DNA of 63,471 bases, counting the filler, from Nemertoderma westbladi (lineage: Eukaryota > Animalia > Xenacoelomorpha), in assembly GCA_032718475.1 (NCBI GenBank). It is 3 parts of 3 records of this genome, joined end to end, with 100 filler letters (N's around TTAATTAATTAA, not from the genome) between each part and the next. Parts side by side here need not be neighbours in the genome. Positions count along the whole stretch, not along the records: positions 51,221 to 63,471 come from JAUCBJ010002416.1; 2 more parts are not named here. One strand, given 5' to 3'. Shown here piece by piece: positions 51,510 to 63,471 of the stretch (position 1 is its first letter; each line of letters begins with the position of its first letter). The notes beneath the pieces were generated by a model. That model did not search any database. It was not told where the DNA came from and saw nothing but the letters and a program-made list of their open reading frames with translations. The position numbers and the translations under genes are program-made.

Positions 51510-52605
51510 CTAATCCGAATCCGAACCTCCCATCAAAGCATCGAACCTAGCGATGTTCTTCTTGACACGAGTCCACTCTTCCTTACTGAGACTGATTCCT
51601 TTCTTAGTCGGTTTCTTATCCCCATTTTTATCCTCGTAATAACAGCGGATGTCCACCCGTTTTTTACCTTTAAACTCAGAGACCGACATGTACTTATCGG
51701 CTCCAACGTGCAGCTTACCATCGACTAGCCCGTCTGAGTCACTCTCGCTATGTGAACCGCCTAAAATAAACAATCGTCGATATGAGGATTCAAAATGTAT
51801 CGTTTAAAGTGTCTAAATGTTTATATTTACTAGATTCCCATTACAGCAGGATGGAAAAGTGTCTAGCTAGACTCTATAAGATTAACTTTACAATAAAATT
51901 AAACCTGACACTTGATATTGCTTTAATCTATCAGACTGTCCCCGACATTAACAGTTCAATTTAGTTTTAATTGTTTTTTAATAGGTGGAAACTTTTTCTA
52001 CGAGAATTTCTTCTCGATAATTTTAAGTTCGCAGTTTTAAAATTTTGGAATAAATTAAAAGTAATTTAACTTTTTCAAACAAAAAAAATATTATGTGCAA
52101 AATTAGCAAACCTACCTACGTTGCTACGTTAAATAATCCAAACTAATAAAAATTTGGCTGAAATTTAATCATACTTATACGTGTATAGCTTCGCGTACAT
52201 GTATATCACCCTGAATCCAATTGCATCTGAATCCAGCTGAAAATTCGTTAATGACAGTTTTCAAAAAGGCAAGATGAAAGCACTCGTATAATAGAAGATT
52301 GTGAGTTGTGACAGTATAGTATATTTAAACCGTTTGTCTCCAGTGAAGAACAAATCTCAAACCGCATATGGTACCAAGTATTAGTGGTCGTTTGAAAAAC
52401 GAAATCGTATTAAAATTTTGCGGGATATATACCCCGTATAAAATTGACGTACCATGCACTAATAGAAGGTCCCATTGGCCTTCACAGTTCCCTCAGCCAT
52501 TCCCTCACACGTACCTCCGTGTTTGGAACGTTTCTTTGCAGGTTCCTTAGTAGCTGAACCCTCATCACTACTTCCACTGCTCACAAACTTCTTAGATTTA
52601 GGCAT
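51510..52605 (-). CDS. SUB1: Transcriptional coactivator PC4/SUB1. Exons 52605-52515 and 51760-51510 give 113 aa
   Basis: N-terminus MPKSKKFVSSGSSDE. PC4 ssDNA-binding domain KY.SVSEFKGK..VDIR.YY.D..G..KP.KKGISL..EEW. Phase-1 GT-AG intron. Confidence 0.92.
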
Positions 52606-53017
52606 TCTCACTACCTCCTAAGACTTGGTAAGGATATAACGAAACCCAACTGCAAACTCAGTTTCACCTGAAATAAAATTAAAAACCGTATAATAAAGTT
52701 TGTAGATAGAGTAAGGTTTACTAATTACTGAAAAAAGAGGGTCAAAAGTCGATAAGCATATTGTTGGACAGGAAATAATATATTGTACTGTGCTACATCT
52801 ATATGTATTATAAATCAGGTCTTGAGGTATAACATAGTATATAATATAATAGTAAAAATATGTGCGAAAACTCTTCCATCAGTTAGTTGTACATATTGGT
52901 TCATTTGTGGGGAATCATAAAAGTGAAATCAAAAATGAATAAAACAATGATATATAATTACAACGCATTTAAATTTCATTAATCCAAAGAACACAAGAAT
53001 TAGTCAGTAAAACCAAA

Positions 53018-53055
53018 CACGACGTTTCGGGTCCAACAGGCACCATTATCAAGTG
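53018..53055 (-). ncRNA. Minimal type I hammerhead ribozyme motif with U3-A8 covariation
   Basis: Minus strand: CAC-TTGATAA-T-GGTgCC-tgtt-GGACC-C-GAAA-CG-TC-GTG, with a GUC cleavage triplet and palindromic ACGT stem III. Confidence 0.55.
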
Positions 53056-53194
53056 AAATAAAGTACGGCAAAATACAGAATTAAACACCGGGACCGGAGA
53101 CAAATTAATCTAAATTATAAATAATGAAAGTGCCCCACCGCAATAGCTACACGTTCGTGAGGCCTCCGCGCAGCACGAGACGGCATATATACAG

Positions 53195-53700
53195 GTTTGG
53201 TTTAATTTCATCAATGATTGACCGACTTATTTCCGTTTTTACTACCAGTACCGACTGACATACTGTCTCACTTTCAACCAAACTTCAGATGCTTTCTAAA
53301 CTTTTGACGGACTGCATACTTACCAAGTTTGGTTTTTAATTTCTGCAACGATTGACCGACTTATTTAGTTTTTTAAAAATTCTGAAACTACCGGTACCGA
53401 CAGACAGACTGTCAGATTTTTGAGAAAACTTCTGAATCTTTCTAAACTTTTGACAGACCACATATTTACCATGTTTGTTTTAATTTCATCAATGATTGAC
53501 TGACTTATTTCGGTTTTTATTAAAAGTCTGAAACTACAGGTACAGACAGACAGACTGTCTGATTTTTGACCAAACTTCAGATATTATCTAAACTTTTGAC
53601 GGACTACATACGTACGTTTAGTTTAATTTCATCAAGGAATGACTGAGTTATTAGCGATCAAAAATCAGACGACGACGACAGACGACAACGACAACTCGTT
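53195..53700. repeat. About 135-143-bp tandem repeat (about 3.3 copies) ending in GAC/CAGA microsatellites; possibly a non-autonomous Helitron-like element
   Basis: tttaatttcatcaatgattgaccgacttattt...tctaaacttttgacggac recurs. Confidence 0.65.
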
Positions 53701-56100
53701 AATGGTACCGTACCCCTTTGATAATCAAGGCTTCACTCACTTCATGGCGCGCCCCACAGTACATAATATCAAACAAAAACACACCAACGATCAGGGAGGG
53801 AGACAATTGTTCAGAGTGGAATAGATTGTAGTACGGGATAGAAAAACTACAGTGAGACAGTAGTCGAAATTAAAGGAATGATCTTGTATGTTAAGCAGTT
53901 GTCGGTATTCTTTAATGATAAGAGTTTATTTTATGGAGAGGGTGATGTTTAGATTTAAGGGACTCACTGTCAATAACATAAAATGGGGGGGGGGGGGGGG
54001 GGGGGGGCTGGGGTATTCTAAGATTGCCGCTGGACGCGATCTGGCCAGGTTGCTAGGATTACCGTAATGTATATTATATAAACCGATACTTAAAGTACTA
54101 GGCCTATCAAAGTAACTAAACACTTGGAGATTACAATTGTTAGAAATAGAAATATTATTTTTATAATAACTAATTATATAAGACGTTTAGAACTACAATA
54201 CAACTATAACTGACTACACCATTATCTTACCTTGTGTAGTTCACCAGTGCTAACGCACAACATATCATGTGCACATAATACTGGGCCTGCCCTACATGAT
54301 CTACAGATCTACTGGAACTCAGTAATAAATCGCAAAATATGATCCAGAATAAATTAAATGTTAAATATATAATTTTTTATAAAACTTAACAAATTATCAG
54401 TAAAAAGAACAATCCTAATGCAACACTATACTCAAATATAATTTTGCTAATTGATAAATTTAAAATGGTTGAAAATAATTTTGAGAAGAAATCAAATACC
54501 AGTATCCACAATATAAAAATGTAAAAGTATATATACAGCAATTTAATCTTAACCAAATTACGTAAATATTGTATCGTTAGATATAAAATGACAAATCATT
54601 TGTGTATTCAGTAAAAACTTAAACTAAACAGGTGTTTAACATGTAACTACCTCAAATTTTTAAAGTACAAATACCGGTACATTGCAACTTGTATTTAAGA
54701 AATAAACTCAAAGTTTTAATAAATTTTGTCGTTTACTAACAGATATCTAGGAACTTTCATATACATACGGTACCTAGGTAAGGTATAAACTAACAATGTA
54801 AATAATAAGACATTATTGCGATGTTATGTTTAATATTTATTGAAATAAATGTAAAATTAGCCAATATAAATATTATACAGTAAAAAGATATTGACAATAT
54901 CGACAACCACAAAATATATAAAGACAGTCTATGCTTATGCATTAGAATCTTGCTAGTTAATTTGTATATACAGGTGAGTGAATTGGTCGAATTAAATTAA
55001 AATTTTGTTTTGATTTTGATACAGTACAGGTACTTAATTTAATAACTACAATAATACAAGAATATGAATTGATTGATAAATTTCGACATACAATTAAGTG
55101 CAACAGGATTGGTGCCAATAAATTTAGATGTTATTTACTTTACTTTCGTACATTAATAATATACTGTACAGTATACCTATTCGAATAAATACAAGATAAA
55201 GCAAATTTTTCAAAAAATGTTTTTAATTTCAATAGATTAATTAGTATAAGCATCACGAACGCAATATATAATATATTTGCGATGTTACTTTTAATTTATG
55301 GTTCGTACGGGTACGGTACACTATATGAATTAATAAACATTAAAATTACAAAATATGAATACAACATATATATTCTTAGAATATAAATAAATTATATACT
55401 TCTTCAATAATTGTGAAATATGTTTAGAAACAAATTGCAGAAATTGATTCTTGCCATGTCGTCGCGTGCATTAAGGTCGGTGTTAGTCGTAGAGTTACTG
55501 CTTATTAACTTAATGATAATTTTTCAAATTTCTTAATTATACATAAATATGATTATGTATGTATGTAGAGCTATGTAATAGTCAATGAAAAAAGTATCAG
55601 ACTAAAAAAATACCAAAAAAACGAGATAACAAATCAATAAATCATAAATTAAATGTAAAAAAGCTATTTTAAATAAAATGAATTATCTGTACGAATTATC
55701 CGTACATTGAAAAAAATTTTACAAAATAATTATCTTATTTTACTAAATAATTTAAAAGTTCTCAATGATTATAAATTAAGTAATTCAAATTAAATGTGAT
55801 TAAATTAAATAAAATTAATAATTATTAATATATATTTAATAATTTGTACTCACCTGATTTATGAAGCAGACGAATCCAGTAAACGCAATATTTATTTGTA
55901 GAACAGTTCAACAAACAGTGATGCTATAGATCAAACACTACACAATAAATACAAAAAGTAGTACCGGTACATAATAATATTATATATTATGTACCGATTT
56001 GCCGTGATATATACAATATAGGTTATATATCACAATCCAACATAATTTAATAAAAAAATGGACACCGAAGTACAGTATTTATTGAGTAAGAAGTGGTGTT

Positions 56101-58209
56101 TTATTTAGCGGTATAATGCGGGGAAGGGTAATAGCGAGCAGGTTGATGGTAAACATTGGCTCGCGGGGTTATTGCAGTCCCAGAAGTTGTGCTGTTAGGA
56201 ACGGGAGTGGCTTCTTTATGAACCGAGGCTTTATTCTGGGCGTTCTGTATAACATTCATGGTTAACTGGGGCGGAGGAACCTTGGCTGCGTTCTCTTTAA
56301 CTTTAATGTGCTGGTCTATAACTCTCCGAAGATAGTCGCTACTCCCGCTAGGCTTGAGTCCCGGCATTGAGCTCGCCAATGATTGGTGTTCGTTGTACGC
56401 CGTCAGAACCTTTCCGATACTCATACCGAACTCCTCCAAGAATTCTTGTTTCCTTTGGGAGAACATCAATCGACAATCGTCGGAAACCTCCTTATTCTCG
56501 TTAACAGATTCGAATATGCTGATTATATTATCTTCGTTAAAAGGAGATTTGGAATACTCGATATCCAACAGCTGAAGGTAAAGCTTCTCGTTGCAATACT
56601 CTAAGGGGATCGCGTCGAGTATCACCTTGGAGGCGGCGTCGAGGTCTCCGACAATCTTTGAGAAAAACCGCGACAATTTGAGAGCGAAGAAACTCGCGAC
56701 ATCAGGCGAGGAAGCGTTCTCGATGGCCTGTCGATAAATCGCCTCGACGCCCGAGAAGTTCTTCCGCCGGCGTTCGATCCCAGACAGCCGGACCGTTACC
56801 ATCAGCAGTTTAGGGTGCTTCACGCTGAAATCCTTGAGCAGGGCGACTGCCTTATCGGGGTCGCCTTGCTGCTCTTCGAAGCCGGCCCAGTCCATTACAA
56901 GGGAGGGTTTGTGCAGCAGATGGATGGTGCAGGCACGTTTGTAGACGTGTCGGACGTTCTCAGTTGCAGCGCAACCACGCAGATACGTGACGTACTGCAG
57001 CCAGAACTCCTCGTATAACGCGCATGCGATCAAACAGCGCTCGAATAGAAACACGATACGGTCCTTACTACCGTGCTCGATCTCAAACTTTAGATAATCA
57101 CGCCAGTTGCTCAGTTGGCTCTTCTCGAGAGGTTTCACGTGGAAATAAGGTCGTTTAATAGAATCCTCAAAAGGTTTACGTTTCACGCTTTCCAATTCAA
57201 CTTTATCAAAAACTTCCTTCCGCGATTTGACCACTAAATCTCGGATTCCCTCCACGAATGGATCATCAATGCCGACATTGGGGAGGTTGTCGGATTCGTT
57301 GACGATGTCGTCCATGCCGGACGTCGGATCGATGTCCACCCCCGGAGGTAAATCGTCCTGCGAAGACGACTCCCCGCTGAATATGTCCTTCCCCGAAGCC
57401 TTCATCTCAGCGACAACAACAGACCGCAAACGGAAGAATTCCTCTGAAGGTAGGAAATTAAACGGCAAGTTATTCTTCACAAAATCCTTGAGTTTCTGGA
57501 AATGTTGCGCGTGTCCCAGTATGGGACACTGCAGACACCTGTCGTACAGGTCCATAGATTTCTTCAAATCCCCAATATCCACAGCCCAATCGATAAACAA
57601 AATCCACAACTTGAGGGAACGGTAATCGATGCCAGCAGTTGTAACCCCGCGCTCGAACATTTGCTCAACGTCCTTCTTCTTAACCCCCGTGGCTCTGTTG
57701 GAAGAGGCCAGACAAGTGTAATGCTCGATGTAGAAGTTAATATAATGGATCCATAGATCGATGCTCAAAGGAATAGCCTGAACGCCTCGCTCGTAAACAG
57801 CCAAAGCTAAATCTAATTCATTGGCCTTCTTCTCAATATCAGCTAACTTCTTCCAATAACCGTAGCAGTAAGGAAACTTATTGAGGAATGCATCGAAAGC
57901 CTTCCGACACTCCGGAATGTGGCCGATACTTTCCACATACTGAAGTAAATAAGTCCAGCCTGCGAAGTCGTCTGGGTTGTCCCTCACTGTCTTCCAGTAT
58001 CTCTCCAAGTCGGGATCTGTAACGGGGACTGGTAGACACTTTGACTCCACAACAATGGCCGGTGGAATGTCAACCTTGGCCTTCTTTACATCCGGAACAT
58101 CGGCTACGAAATTACCATTAGTGGTTTGGTTGCCATAGACACCAGTTTCGGGTTTTATTCGTTTCTTTGAATCGACGACTGACGCGTTATTAGTGAGTAA
58201 TTGGGCCAT
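56101..58209 (-). CDS. PRPF39: Pre-mRNA-processing factor 39 (U1 snRNP HAT-repeat protein), single coding exon, 702 aa
   Basis: NPDDFAGWTYLLQYVE, FPYCYGYWKK.AD.EK, ERGVQAIPLSIDLW, IKRPYFHVKPLEK.QL.NW, FERCLIACALYEEFW. Confidence 0.96.
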   Translation of the reverse strand: MAQLLTNNASVVDSKKRIKPETGVYGNQTTNGNFVADVPDVKKAKVDIPPAIVVESKCLPVPVTDPDLERYWKTVRDNPDDFAGWTYLLQYVESIGHIPECRKAFDAFLNKFPYCYGYWKKLADIEKKANELDLALAVYERGVQAIPLSIDLWIHYINFYIEHYTCLASSNRATGVKKKDVEQMFERGVTTAGIDYRSLKLWILFIDWAVDIGDLKKSMDLYDRCLQCPILGHAQHFQKLKDFVKNNLPFNFLPSEEFFRLRSVVVAEMKASGKDIFSGESSSQDDLPPGVDIDPTSGMDDIVNESDNLPNVGIDDPFVEGIRDLVVKSRKEVFDKVELESVKRKPFEDSIKRPYFHVKPLEKSQLSNWRDYLKFEIEHGSKDRIVFLFERCLIACALYEEFWLQYVTYLRGCAATENVRHVYKRACTIHLLHKPSLVMDWAGFEEQQGDPDKAVALLKDFSVKHPKLLMVTVRLSGIERRRKNFSGVEAIYRQAIENASSPDVASFFALKLSRFFSKIVGDLDAASKVILDAIPLEYCNEKLYLQLLDIEYSKSPFNEDNIISIFESVNENKEVSDDCRLMFSQRKQEFLEEFGMSIGKVLTAYNEHQSLASSMPGLKPSGSSDYLRRVIDQHIKVKENAAKVPPPQLTMNVIQNAQNKASVHKEATPVPNSTTSGTAITPRANVYHQPARYYPSPHYTAK

Positions 58210-58384
58210 ATCGTTAGTAAATAAAATCTGTTAATAAATATAATTAACTAATTAATTAGGGCTTAGCTCAGTAGCTAATTAAAACCGACAGACCGATGAT
58301 GTCAATAGACCCCTGCCCTGGACCCACACTAGTACGGTCTGATAAAGAAATTATGTAAATATTATATCTTCAACTTTTTTAAAA

Positions 58385-58545
58385 TAATTGGCAATTAATT
58401 GCAATTAATTGAATAATTAATTGATTTTGTAAATTCACAATTACAATTAATTGATTGGTTCAAGACTTTAATTGCAATTAATTGATTGATATCATTTCCA
58501 ATTGCAATTAATTGATTGATAGCATGCAATTAAATTGCAATCAAT
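58385..58545. repeat. Low-complexity array of palindromic CAATTAATTG/TTGCAA units
   Basis: Repeated caattaattg. Confidence 0.7.
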
Positions 58546-59283
58546 TTTTCATAACCCTTGGTGCAACCATTGTCCTTATCCTTAACCCAACAATTAGCAA
58601 TTAATAGACTGACATAAATCAAAGAATTATGAAAGAAGTGTAACACTAACACCTACTGTAAGGAATAAGGAATATTTAATTTATTTAAGGAGTGTGTAGA
58701 TTTTGGAATACAATTGTATTCCTAAATAAGAAACCCAGGTCAAAAAGTTCTTATTTAGGGACTTTTAGTACATTCGATATCTTAAATAAGGTAAATTTAA
58801 AAAATCCCTCTTATTTAGGAACTGGTGGTATTTTTGATGCAATTTTAAAACGCTTGTAGAAAAAAAACCCGACGGTGAAATGATTTCTGGTTTTTTGCAT
58901 TATGTTCAAGAAAGACCCAACTTTTACATTGTGAAATAAAATTATGTGGTATTTTTTCCTGAAACAAGTTATTGCATATTATATCGAAAAAATATCCAAA
59001 AAAGGCCCAAAAACCCCTAAATAAGAGCCATTTTCCTCAAACAAGAACCCACTTTTGGAGCTTATTTAAGGGTATGTTCCCTACTGACGGTACTGGTACT
59101 GCTGCACTGTAGTAGACTTGTCGAGTAGTCTGCTTCTGCTAGTAGGCCTACAGTTTTATCGATAAGCAGACGGCAGAGGGTGACAGACGGAACGTAATCA
59201 GGATCGAATGCAACATCGTTTTTATGAATCGAACGTAACCTCAATTATGTTACATTGCTGCATTGCACATTGGATCCTATAAC

Positions 59284-60099
59284 TAGGGCTCGATCGGAGT
59301 TCCGGCTCCGGCTCCGGCCGGAGTTTCTTACATCCGGCTCCGAACCGGAGCGAGTTAGAAAAATGTATGTTAAAACATTAATAATGTATGTTTTATATTA
59401 ATGTACATAATATATAGGCTAGTATAGGCAGAGATAGGCATATGGCAGCAGTATATTCCAGTGTACGGTACTCCAATAGCCTACTCCAGCTGTCCAGTAC
59501 CGGTAGTACTGCAGTAGTGTCTGACTACTACTTTGATACTACAGTACTACTATTATTACAGTATTACTATACTACAGTACTGCAGTAAACTGGTAAAGCA
59601 GTGTAATACTTAATAACTTAGATTTACTGGCAGGCTGGTACTGGTCTGGTAGTAGGTACTACAGCCAGACAGCAGTACAGTATGCAGTAGTACCGGTACT
59701 ACTTCCTGACTTATGTACTCACTGACTTAATCTAATTCCGGAACTGCTGTACTGGTAGCGGTAGGCCTACCTGACAGCTTGAATACACAGTCTGACAATC
59801 CCGCACCTCAAGCTACTGTACTACTATACAGCTATATGTACTATAATTCTGGAAGGGGAATGGACTGAGAATGATGCAAGGAGTTCTGTCCGCGACCAGG
59901 ATATAAGTACCAATGACGGCGACCCGGTGCCCGGATATGAGTACCGACGACGGCGACCCGGATATGAGTACTAACGACGGCGACCCGGTCCGGATATAGG
60001 GAAAATACACATAGGGAAAGAAACTCCGGCTCCGGTAAAACTCCGGCAATTTTTTTTCCACTCCAGCTCCGGCAAAATAAAAACTCCGATCGAGCCCTA
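59284..60099. mobile_element. hAT-superfamily MITE
   Basis: Perfect 18-bp TIR TAGGGCTCGATCGGAGTT. 8-bp TSD CCTATAAC at 59276-59283 and 60100-60107. Subterminal CTCCGG repeats at both ends. Confidence 0.93.
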
Positions 60100-60854
60100 C
60101 CTATAACTATGTTACAAAGTTGCATTCAATCTACAAATTACTAAGCTCGAATGTAACATACATTTATTTCAGTTGCGTTTTGATTTCAGGAGTTAACCAG
60201 TTAACCGACAGACCGATGAAATGCTTCGTTTATTTACAGGAAGAAACAGTTTGGCAGTTTGGTGTTGGTGAGTACAAAACAAAGACCCCATGACCCAATT
60301 AAGTAACCTGCATAATCTTGTAACATGTGTTAACTTTCGTTGGTAATATCACATTTGAGGCACAGTGGTAAGAAATTTTTTTATCCATTCTCCTATGCCC
60401 GTGGCATAGGGGCACTTATACTTTTTTTTCAAACTTTGATGATCAGATGATTCCCCTTCCCCTATACTTTCTTCAAAAGTTTGTTGATTCAGCTAAGTCC
60501 ATAGCAAACCACTCCTTTTCAAAGTTTGTTGATTCCTCTATGCCCTTAGGCCTATTAAGAAACCTAATTATTTGAAAGTTTATTTATTAACGTTTTATTT
60601 ATTTATTAATAGTTGTAATAATAACAATACTTGATTAGCATACATTGCACTGTAATATTGTATATACCAGTAATTACCTAATTAACTAAAACTGCTAATT
60701 AACTATGTATTAATAAATGGCACAAACTGCAAATTGATTTATTATTGTACAAAATACCACAATTCCTAAAAATATGCACTGTAATATAATAATTCCTTAA
60801 TAATAATTTATGGTTAACTTAAAAAAAACGTACTAAAAAATTATCGATTAATAG

Positions 60855-61086
60855 TGTTTAGTGCTTATAGTGCTTATAGCACTTATAGTGCTTAGTAGGC
60901 CTGATAAATTACATAATTAACTAAAAAAACTATTATTAAAAATTGGGTCCGACGAATTTGTACAAAAAAGTACAAAAAAATACAAAATAGTACAATATAG
61001 TACAAAAGAATACAAAAGAGTACAATAAAGTGCAAAAATAGTACAAAAGAGTGCAAAAATAGTACAAAAGACTGAAAGAGTACAAA
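60855..61086. repeat. Simple repeats: (AGTGCTTAT)n and about 10-bp GTACAAAA-type units
   Basis: Read directly. Confidence 0.75.
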
Positions 61087-61794
61087 CGATTGAGAAACGC
61101 TTGCAAAACGTGTATCCAAGTGTAGTTCAAATCGTTTAGGGGGTGCACATCTGCACATGATGTGCAAAATAAAACAAAGCATTGTCTGATTGTGGGGCGA
61201 GCCATGCATTGAGTGGGGGCTGATCTAGCTGTGTTTTAATGCAGCTTTTTGTGTTCACAAAAACGGTCCCAAGCCCGCAAAATTGCAGAGGGAGAGAATA
61301 AAGTTGCACATAGAGGCGTACACACATAGCCTACACATAACAGCATAATGTAGCATACAGTCTATCCTTCAGTATATGGGCTACTTTAAGACTATGACCT
61401 AAACTTTGAATCTCAGTTATAGGAGTTTTATCTACCCACTGCATAGTGCATAGGGCCTAGTATGTATTGCATTATATTGTATTATACGAACTGTACTGTA
61501 GCCTATTATTTCTACTTGTATGTATGCCTGTCAAAATCTACATGAATCAAAGTTATGTCAATCATTTCATACTGACCACAGAACCAAGGCCGCTAGTGAT
61601 TGACACTGTAGCGGCGCATATTTCGGTGCCAGTTGCATTATGCTTACAATTAATATTTGTATATATTAATATTAATGTAATATTAATATTATAATATTTG
61701 TATACAAGTGTAGGATGGCTAAAACGTCTGTCCTTATCTGATCTGATCTGATCTGATCTGACGGTATCTGACACTTGTTCCACCTTGGTTCAGA

Positions 61795-62065
61795 GCGCAC
61801 CTTGGTGTAGTGGTTATATTGAATTCACATCTCTCGGAGGTTGTGGGTTCAACCCCGGCATGGGGGCCAAGGTAGTTTTCGTTTCGGCACGAATGCTTTG
61901 AAGGGTTTAGCGAGGTATCTCTGCACTCTGCCTTGCATCCTTAAATGGTACCGGTAGCTAAATGAGTACTGGACTTTCTGCCTATGTCAGCATGCGAAGT
62001 TTCCCCGGTATTCCCCTTAAATCCGGGGGGGGGGGGGGGGTCAATATAATACCTCCCGCTCTGAA
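61795..62065 (+). mobile_element. Probable tRNA-derived SINE
   Basis: A box tggtgtagtggtta and B box gggttcaacccc, followed by a non-tRNA body. Confidence 0.55.
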
Positions 62066-62187
62066 ACTAACGATACTAACTAAAAGACTAACTGAAACGA
62101 ACTAAAAGGAATTCAAATAAAATAAGCTAGAAATTTTAAATTTGTTTTTAATAAATTTGACTAAATTTGTCAAATTTTGGTGCCGGT

Positions 62188-62520
62188 CCATGTGAAGAAT
62201 ATCGCCCATGTGAAGAATACCAGGATTTCACTTTTCGATCGACTTTTATTGGAATTTTATATTTGAAGATTTTAATTCTTTTTTAATTTATCTTTATTGA
62301 GTGTATTATAGAGCTTATTTATGTCTTATAACCTGCACATATACTAATTCGTTTATTGTTTTGGTTATATTCAGCCCTTCTGTAACCTGTGTTTTTGGTG
62401 AAAACCTGGTATTCTTCACATGGGGGTAACTGCATAGTGAAATAAAACGGCAGAAAGTCTGGTATTCTTCGCCCATGTGAAGAATACCAGATTACCAGGA
62501 TTTCATTTTTCGTTCGATTT
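62188..62520. mobile_element. CCATGTGAAGAATACCAG MITE copy with extra TIR units
   Basis: Inverted copy of 13978-14253, with additional TIR starts at 62188 and 62471. Confidence 0.75.
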
Positions 62521-62794
62521 TTTAATAAGTATCGTTTTGTTTTATTCTCTGTTCAACTTTCTCCTGTTTTATTTTATTATGTGCAGTTTTATTTGTACGC
62601 TTCTATGACAGCGGTGTCTCCACCCAAATAATATAATAATAATAATAATAATAATATTGGTCGATATTTTTAATTAAATTTATCTTTATTAAGTGTTTTA
62701 TGCGCGTGCGCGATGTCCTTTATTTTTTAAGGGGATGATCTATTGATCAGTCAGTCGGACGGTTAGTAAGAAGGTGGCCGCCGCGGTAACATAT

Positions 62795-62980
62795 TATCCT
62801 TTCCCTCAATTGGTAGGTAACAAAATCGTTTATTGTTTTGGTTAGAAAACCCTGTCTCGGTAACCTGCTCCTTTCCCTCAATTTGTAGGTAACAACGTCG
62901 TTTATTGTTTTGGTTAGAAATTACAGCAGCTGTAACCTGCTCTTTTCCTTCAATTGGAAGGTAACAACAGCGTTTATTAA
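62795..62980. repeat. 72-bp tandem repeat, about 2.5 copies
   Basis: ttccctcaatt..aggtaacaa..cgtttatt recurs at 72-bp spacing. Confidence 0.8.
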
Positions 62981-63471
62981 TTCCCACATTCCCATCCACA
63001 TTCCCATATTCTTTCATCGTCTGTATCAGCTGGCAATATGGGGCATGTTAAGTGTTTCGTCATATACACACTACACAGTAGGCCTAGAGAGATACCCCTT
63101 CCTGCCTTCCCTTTAGCTGTTTAGCGTAACAAACAAACAATAAATATCTACCGGTATCCATAAATAACTATCCATCTTTGCTGGGACAATCACACAACTT
63201 TCATACCCGCCATCCTTCATCCTATATCGCATTTTTAATATATAATAACATGCCTTTGTGCATTAGATGCATACCGGTATGCCTGTCTGCCTGTAGCGCT
63301 GTAGGCCTACTGCTACTTCATATGATGATACTGATATGTAACAGGCAACCTGAAACGTGATCCCCTATTCAGCTATTGGCTATTTACCTAACAGACAGTT
63401 AGGTAAATATTATATCTCTTTCTCCTGATTGGTTATAGGATCAGATGCTGTCAGATCAGATCAGATCAGAT

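Noticed and set aside
58689-59085. Element with repeated AAATAAG/CTTATTT motifs upstream of PRPF39
   Set aside because: Probably an old MITE, but TIRs and TSD could not be defined.
16892-62040. Numerous long poly-G/poly-C tracts as a functional G-quadruplex system
   Set aside because: Mostly inside transposon remnants, and homopolymer lengths are unreliable.

Overview
AT-rich, repeat-dense window from an intron-containing animal (probably invertebrate) genome, with two 100-bp scaffold gaps. Four host genes could be reconstructed by hand from GT-AG splice sites. (1) An SLC18B1-like vesicular amine transporter (minus strand, 3 exons). (2) A 6-exon biopterin-dependent aromatic amino acid hydroxylase, head-to-head with the transporter. 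It carries tyrosine-hydroxylase signature residues, but has Tyr at the TH Asp425 specificity position and stops before the tetramerisation helix. (3) SUB1/PC4. (4) PRPF39 with an intronless coding sequence. The rest is largely mobile DNA: a young GC-rich Mag-like Ty3/gypsy element (116-bp LTRs, ATATA target-site duplication [TSD]), two decayed BEL/Pao elements, five RTE-type LINE pieces, an L2 fragment, tRNA-derived SINEs, a P-superfamily (THAP, Galileo-like) element with about 400-bp terminal inverted repeats (TIRs), hAT, piggyBac and TA-target MITEs, Penelope-type minimal hammerhead ribozyme motifs, and several satellites. The best candidate for an undescribed system is the divergent hydroxylase plus vesicular transporter pair, a possible make-and-package biogenic amine locus. 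All family calls rest on motif recognition by eye; no searches were run.
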